Assembly (NCBI GenBank): GCA_049976305.1
Contig: JBMFIM010000005.1
Coordinates: 1 to 52,383, forward strand
Direction of reading: 5' to 3'
Origin: Candidatus Micrarchaeia archaeon
GTDB taxonomy: Archaea; Micrarchaeota; Micrarchaeia; Micrarchaeales; CABMGC01
Length of the DNA: 52,383 nucleotides
Below the pieces are notes generated by a model, which searched no databases, was not told the origin of the DNA, and worked only from the letters and a program-made list of their open reading frames with translations. Shown in pieces: positions 47,579-52,383 of this stretch. Numbering within the stretch: position 1 is the first letter of the stretch; every line of letters begins with the position of its first letter. Position numbers and translations under genes: made by a program.

Positions 47579-47899
47579 TTATCTTTTGTCCCCGCTCCCC
47601 GAAATTGCTCCCCTTTCTTTTCTATCCTTAAGCTTTTCAAGATTGTATTTTGCAACCTCTTCCATATTTATTCCCATTTCTGTGGCCAGCTGTGACAGAT
47701 ACCAAAGCACATCGCCAAGCTCCGAGGTTATGTCCTCTTTGCTTATTTGTGCCTTGTCCCTGGCAATCTTTTTTATTTTGTTAAGCAGCTCGCCTACTTC
47801 GCCAGCAAGGCCTATGGCTGTGTAATATACCCCGCCTTCAAGCGTTTTTGGATAAATCGCAGTCTCCGACGCTTTTGCCTGATAATTAGCAAACTCCAA
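47579..47899 (-). CDS. MazG-like nucleoside triphosphate pyrophosphohydrolase
   Basis: GLAGEVGE...ELGDVLWY...N..KL..R pattern. Confidence 0.9.
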   Translation of the reverse strand: MEFANYQAKASETAIYPKTLEGGVYYTAIGLAGEVGELLNKIKKIARDKAQISKEDITSELGDVLWYLSQLATEMGINMEEVAKYNLEKLKDRKERGAISGSGDKR

Positions 47900-47964
47900 A
47901 GAATCACCAATAGCTTATTGATATTCAAGCATATAAATCCAACGATTTACTTGCCAGGCACAGT

Positions 47965-48041
47965 TGAGAATATTTATAAACTTTCAAAGCAATAGGGCTA
48001 TGATTCTATGATAGAAAGGACTTTGGTATTGGTAAAGCCCG
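47965..48041 (+). repeat. 77-bp direct repeat, copy 1 (ndk promoter and first codons)
   Basis: Identical to 52307-52383. Confidence 0.95.
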
Positions 48042-48574
48042 ATGGCGTATACAGAGGCCTTATAGGCAACATAATAACTGCTTTTGAAGTTGCGGGACTG
48101 AAGATAGTGGGGCTAAAACTTGTAATGCCAACAAAGGAGTTTGCAGCACAGCATTATCCTGCAGATAAAAGCTGGTATCAGTCGCTTTGGGAAAAGACGA
48201 AGAAGGCAGCTGAGGAGAAGGGCGAACCTTTTACAGAAACTCCCGAGCAGGTTGGAGAGCGGGTAAGGGGCTTTCTTGTTGACTACCTTGCCAATAAGCC
48301 GGTGGTTGCGATGGTTGTTGAAGGAAACAATGCAATAGACAATGTGAGGAAGATTGTTGGTGCTACATCGCCGTCAAAGGCGGATCCATCATCAATAAGG
48401 GGCAAATACGCTATAGACTCTTACGACCTTGCCGACTCACAGCACAGGGCTGTGAGAAACCTGGTTCATGCTTCCGACAGCAAGGAGACTGCGCAAAGGG
48501 AAATTTCGCTGTGGTTTAAAGAAGGTGAGCTAATAAGCTACAAGCGTTCAGATGAAGAAGCAATGTTTGGCTAG
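48008..48574 (+). CDS. ndk: Nucleoside diphosphate kinase
   Basis: ERTLVLVKPDG, G.T.P....SIRG and NLVHASD motifs. Confidence 0.96.
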   Translation: MIERTLVLVKPDGVYRGLIGNIITAFEVAGLKIVGLKLVMPTKEFAAQHYPADKSWYQSLWEKTKKAAEEKGEPFTETPEQVGERVRGFLVDYLANKPVVAMVVEGNNAIDNVRKIVGATSPSKADPSSIRGKYAIDSYDLADSQHRAVRNLVHASDSKETAQREISLWFKEGELISYKRSDEEAMFG

Positions 48575-48584
48575 TTCGGCTAAG

Positions 48585-48890
48585 TCAAACGCCCAGCTGC
48601 TTCCTGTATTCCTCGCTTATCATTTCGGCGCTCCAAGCGGGTTCCCATACTAGTTCTATATTTACCTTTCCTACATTTGGCAGCTTTTCAAGCCTCAGCT
48701 GAACATCTGCGAGTATTATGCTTATAACAGGGCACATAGGCGAAGTCATCGTCATAGTCACAGTGACATTGTTCTGGTCGTCTATTTTTATGCCGTATAC
48801 TAAGCCTAGATCGACTACATTTATGCCTACCTCAGGATCAACAGCTTGTTTGAGCGCCTCAACAACCTGCTTTACTGTGAGCTTTTCCAT
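48585..48890 (-). CDS. DUF59/SufT (MIP18) Fe-S assembly protein
   Basis: DPEVG.N.VDLGLVY, T.TSPMCP and VWEPAW motifs. Confidence 0.92.
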   Translation of the reverse strand: MEKLTVKQVVEALKQAVDPEVGINVVDLGLVYGIKIDDQNNVTVTMTMTSPMCPVISIILADVQLRLEKLPNVGKVNIELVWEPAWSAEMISEEYRKQLGV

Positions 48891-48891
48891 T

Positions 48892-51816
48892 TTACCCACA
48901 GAGTGGCGAAGTTATCCATTTGCAGTTGACTTCTGAAGAGCACCTGTTCCCTCCAAAGTCCTGGCTTGCTGATGAGGCATTTTCAGCGGTTCCATAGCAT
49001 TCTACGCCTGCAATTGAGCCGTTGAACAGGTTGTTTTTAAGCTGAAGTGCTGTGGCGTTAAAGAACTGTGCCGCATACTGCGTTGCGTGAATTGTGTTGT
49101 TGTAAATCTGCAGATTTGAACCGCGTCTAACAGTCATTCCGTTTTCTACGAACATAAGATTGTTCTTTATGCTTGTGAAGTTTGAACTATAAGCATAAAT
49201 GCCTGTGGTTGAGTTGAATATGCTGTTGTTATAGAGTCTGCTGTAGCCCGCTCCATAAAGCGAGATTGCATAGTCGCTATCTGCTATGGTGTTGTTGATT
49301 ATTTCAGCGTTAGGACCTTTTGCTATTACCGCCTGCGTGAAATTCTCTAGGTAGCAATTCTCTAAAGTTACGTGGCTGGAATTAGAGATCTGGACAAACA
49401 CACCGCCTTTGTTTGCTAGCACCGTATGACCGTTGCAGTTTATTACTGTGTTGTTTGCAGTTGAAGAGTTTGTGTTGTATATATTGTAGCATGTTGCCCC
49501 TGAGTTATAAAGCATGTCTGTGCTTAACGAGATTTGGGAGGCCGAGCTTATTGCTTGGCAAGGCGGGTTAACTGGTACTAGTGGCTCAACTACGAGCCAT
49601 CTGCAAATATTCTTTACTACTCCTATGTTGGCTCCTGTAGAGTCTGCAAACAGTCCGCTGGAAGAAGGAGAGCAGTAGTAGTCAAAGAGTCGATTGGTAG
49701 AGGCAGTATTGTTTGCAACGCTGTTGTTTCTGAAGTTTACAAAGACAAACCCGTCTGCAGGATTCCTCTCGGAGTAATCAAACCTAATGTTCGATTGCGT
49801 TGTGTTGATAAATACAAACCCTGATGCATTGTCTAGGCCGCCTTGAGCAGAATCTGAAAATACGTTTACATTTTTCGCATTTTTCAAGTAAAATCCAGCC
49901 ACGGTGTAAATATATGCAACATCGCTGCCTATGGTAGCGTTGACAACATTGCCCGCATAAATTCCTATCTGTGTTGAATTTGCCAGCAGGTTTTGGGCAT
50001 TAAGTCCGCTTACGTCTTCAGCTCTAAATCCGTTTTCAAAATTGACTGCTTTGCAATTCTCCAACGTTACATTTGTGGCGTTTGTTACTAGTATTCCGTA
50101 CCCAAAGCCTTTGCCGGTTATTGTGTAGTTATTGCAATTGAGCAATATGTTGCCGTTTGTTATTGTAAAGCAAGTGTTGTTTGATATCAGGTTGTTTTGC
50201 AAGGAATAATTGCCAGTATGCGATATTGTCATGCACTGCGAAATAGGATATTTGGCGAGCTGAGGAAGTACATAGCTCTTGCAATCCGCCCATATGCAGT
50301 CAGATACGCCGCATCTTGTAGTTTGGAAGAGGTTTGTAGTGCTGTTGTATGTTGTTGGTGTGCAGTAGACATCAATTTTGAAATTGTTAGTTATATTGCT
50401 GCTGCTGAATAGGTTAGCGCTGCCCGAAGCGAAGTATATACCATATGTATTATTATACACTCTTACGTTAGTTGTGGTCACTCCAGAAGTAGCATTGTAT
50501 ACTATCCCGCTTTGGGAATTGTTTATGCTTATTTTACTCAATGTGCCGCCTGTTACGTTGTCGAGCTCTATGCCTGTCGTAACGTTGGTTATGCTTATTC
50601 CACTTGCTTTAGGGTAAATTAAGTTTGAAAGCCTTATTCCATAGCTCAGGTTTGCAAGCCTGCAGTTGACAATGCTGACGTTAAACTCGTGATTTGCAAC
50701 AATGCCTGAGCCAACACCTGAGATTGTGTGATTATTGCAATCTAAAGTTATAGAATCTCCTTTTATTGTAATGCAAGAGATTGTTTTTGTAAGAGGGTTG
50801 GTGGTATTTAGAATCTTTGCCAAATTTATGTTTTTGCTAAGAACATAGGTGCCTGCATATGTCAACTCTCCGCACGAGCTTATGTTTCCAGGCATTAGCT
50901 TCAAAGAAGTGAAGTTGATGGGCACATTTGTCTTTTTGCAGGTAGCAAACTCACAGTAGAAATTGGTATTACATAAAGTGTCGGCAAATTTGTTTTCACC
51001 AAGTGCCCCTGCGCTTGCGTTGCATAATATGTCAGCAGGATTATTTTCAAAGTGAGAATATTGGATAGTATTGTTTGTAGAGTTTATTACAAGACCATAA
51101 TAAATGTTAAAGTTTGAGGCAACGTTGTTTATCTTGTTTTCCCCACCTCCCAGTATATATATTCCGCCTTCTTTACTAGCGCTTTTAGATGCCGAAGAAT
51201 TTTCAAGTATGTTATCATATGAGTCAAATATAAAGAAATTCGACATTGTATTGTTTGTTGCGTTTACTTGTGTGATAATAGAATTGTCAACGCTATCAAA
51301 GTAAACGCCATAGGAGAAGCCGCTAACCCCAAGATTTGAAACAGTTACATTGCTGACTCCTTTTGCCTCTATTCCGTAAGAATACGGCGGGACTATGTCA
51401 TAAGGTCCTGAGCCATGTATTAGATTGCCGTTGCCATCAAGCTTTACATTGTTAGATACTATCTCAATGCAGCTTCCGTTTTGTATCTTTGTAAAGATGC
51501 TGTTTAGCAAATAGTAAGTTCCAGGTTTGGTTATGGTTGTGCAATTCTTTATATTGAACATACTCGTTGCTGGTATCGTAGTGGTTGTGGAAGTCGGCTT
51601 TGGAGCATGATGGCCTATTAGGTTAAGGCCTAAAACAGCCCCTACTGCCAATATTATAACTACAACTACCCCTATTATTAATCCTCTTTTGCCGCCTTCC
51701 CCTTCATACACAGGCGGGCTAGAAGCTGGTGCATTGCTCTGTGGCGTTTCTGTTCCGTAATTAATTGTATTTTCCTGTCCTTGCGCAGGAGCATCGTTAG
51801 CATTTTCGTTGTCCAT
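48892..51816 (-). CDS. Membrane-anchored parallel beta-helix (NosD/CASH-like) surface glycoprotein
   Basis: N-terminal TM, Thr-rich linker, repeated C..I...GTY.L modules with Cys clusters, Asn-rich with many sequons. Confidence 0.85.
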   Translation of the reverse strand: MDNENANDAPAQGQENTINYGTETPQSNAPASSPPVYEGEGGKRGLIIGVVVVIILAVGAVLGLNLIGHHAPKPTSTTTTIPATSMFNIKNCTTITKPGTYYLLNSIFTKIQNGSCIEIVSNNVKLDGNGNLIHGSGPYDIVPPYSYGIEAKGVSNVTVSNLGVSGFSYGVYFDSVDNSIITQVNATNNTMSNFFIFDSYDNILENSSASKSASKEGGIYILGGGENKINNVASNFNIYYGLVINSTNNTIQYSHFENNPADILCNASAGALGENKFADTLCNTNFYCEFATCKKTNVPINFTSLKLMPGNISSCGELTYAGTYVLSKNINLAKILNTTNPLTKTISCITIKGDSITLDCNNHTISGVGSGIVANHEFNVSIVNCRLANLSYGIRLSNLIYPKASGISITNVTTGIELDNVTGGTLSKISINNSQSGIVYNATSGVTTTNVRVYNNTYGIYFASGSANLFSSSNITNNFKIDVYCTPTTYNSTTNLFQTTRCGVSDCIWADCKSYVLPQLAKYPISQCMTISHTGNYSLQNNLISNNTCFTITNGNILLNCNNYTITGKGFGYGILVTNATNVTLENCKAVNFENGFRAEDVSGLNAQNLLANSTQIGIYAGNVVNATIGSDVAYIYTVAGFYLKNAKNVNVFSDSAQGGLDNASGFVFINTTQSNIRFDYSERNPADGFVFVNFRNNSVANNTASTNRLFDYYCSPSSSGLFADSTGANIGVVKNICRWLVVEPLVPVNPPCQAISSASQISLSTDMLYNSGATCYNIYNTNSSTANNTVINCNGHTVLANKGGVFVQISNSSHVTLENCYLENFTQAVIAKGPNAEIINNTIADSDYAISLYGAGYSRLYNNSIFNSTTGIYAYSSNFTSIKNNLMFVENGMTVRRGSNLQIYNNTIHATQYAAQFFNATALQLKNNLFNGSIAGVECYGTAENASSASQDFGGNRCSSEVNCKWITSPLCG

Positions 51817-51862
51817 ACTAACTATTTTAATGTATGTGCTTATTTATTTATAACTACGCCTA

Positions 51863-51934
51863 GCCTCAGTAGCTCAGCGGTAGAGCGCCTGTCTCGTAAA
51901 CAGGAGGCCGAGGGTTCAAATCCCTCCTGGGGCT
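51863..51934 (+). tRNA. tRNA-Thr(CGT), intronless, CCA not encoded
   Basis: GCCTCAG/CTGGGGC acceptor stem, D-arm GCTC..GAGC, anticodon arm CCTGT-CTCGTAA-ACAGG, T-loop GGTTCAAATCC. Confidence 0.97.
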
Positions 51935-52057
51935 TATAGATAAGTGGTTTGAAGCCCAGGCGTCCTCAGCCTTGCCATGGCCCCAACCAAAGTCCTTAGT
52001 CATCTGGTTTACTGCTTATTGGACTTCCAGCTCAAGTTCTTTAACTGCACAGACTAA

Positions 52058-52174
52058 TTACTGTAAATGGGTAACCTTTGTATTGCCTACTAATTCAGAG
52101 TCTAATCGCTGCACAATCACGCGTGCAGCAGCGCGAACCTCTACCAATTTATTCCTTATGGTCGCCATATTCAT
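52058..52174 (-). pseudogene. Short ORF or degraded gene remnant downstream of tRNA-Thr
   Basis: MNMATIRNKLVEVRAAARVIVQRLDSELVGNTKVTHLQ*. The frame continues protein-like past two TAA stops. Upstream TATA-like box and hairpin. Confidence 0.3.
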
Positions 52175-52306
52175 GTTAATTACCTTTTTCCCTACTATTT
52201 GCAGGGGTTTGCCGTCGAAAGAGAGAAAGTAACCCCTGCTGTAGGGATTGTATTTAACGGCGATAAAAAGATTTATAATTTGTCAGGATCCTATTGCCAG
52301 GCATGC

Positions 52307-52383
52307 TGAGAATATTTATAAACTTTCAAAGCAATAGGGCTATGATTCTATGATAGAAAGGACTTTGGTATTGGTAAAGCCCG
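52307..52383 (+). repeat. 77-bp direct repeat, copy 2; start of a second ndk copy (ATG 52350) cut by the window end
   Basis: Identical to 47965-48041. The upstream TTGCCAGGCA is also shared, followed by a short mismatch. Confidence 0.95.

Noticed and set aside
47145..47825. Long antisense ORFs (also 14183-14839, 34130-34735, 45164-45757 and others)
   Set aside because: These are shadows of well-supported genes on the opposite strand, with Ser/Leu/Phe-rich mirror composition.
51940..52174. Stop-codon reassignment suggested by in-frame TAA codons
   Set aside because: TAA, TAG and TGA all terminate conserved genes normally elsewhere in the window.

Overview
This is an archaeal chromosomal window of mid-40s percent GC (estimated by eye). 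It is most consistent with a DPANN archaeon, probably Micrarchaeota; that lineage call is inference from gene content and style (archaeal histones, GatDE, Taw1, form III RuBisCO, AglB, GGTGA Shine-Dalgarno sites, TTTATAAA boxes). Most of the window is housekeeping: CysRS, IleRS, GatDE, aIF5B, L7Ae-S28e-L24e, ThiI, Taw1, an MtaB-like enzyme, N-glycosylation genes, a four-subunit 2-oxoacid:ferredoxin oxidoreductase, a DsrE-TusA-SQR sulfur cassette, RNase P RNA and tRNA-Thr(CGT). The main metabolic feature is a tight operon encoding R15P isomerase, RuBisCO III, AMP phosphorylase, phosphoglycerate mutase and enolase, which together take NMP to PEP. Several signals are missing from the ORF track: a 43-aa hyperacidic Trp-repeat peptide gene; a 9-codon micro-ORF with its own TATA box and SD, convergent on a tandem Lrp/AsnC-type regulator; two ~180-bp non-autonomous IS200/IS605-type elements, one of which interrupts a hydrolase gene and restores its frame when removed; a ~185-nt candidate structured RNA of unknown family; a compact RNase P RNA; a GNAT gene head-to-head with a histone; and an exact 77-bp repeat of the ndk promoter and start at the window end. 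No CRISPR array, rRNA or intact transposase was seen.
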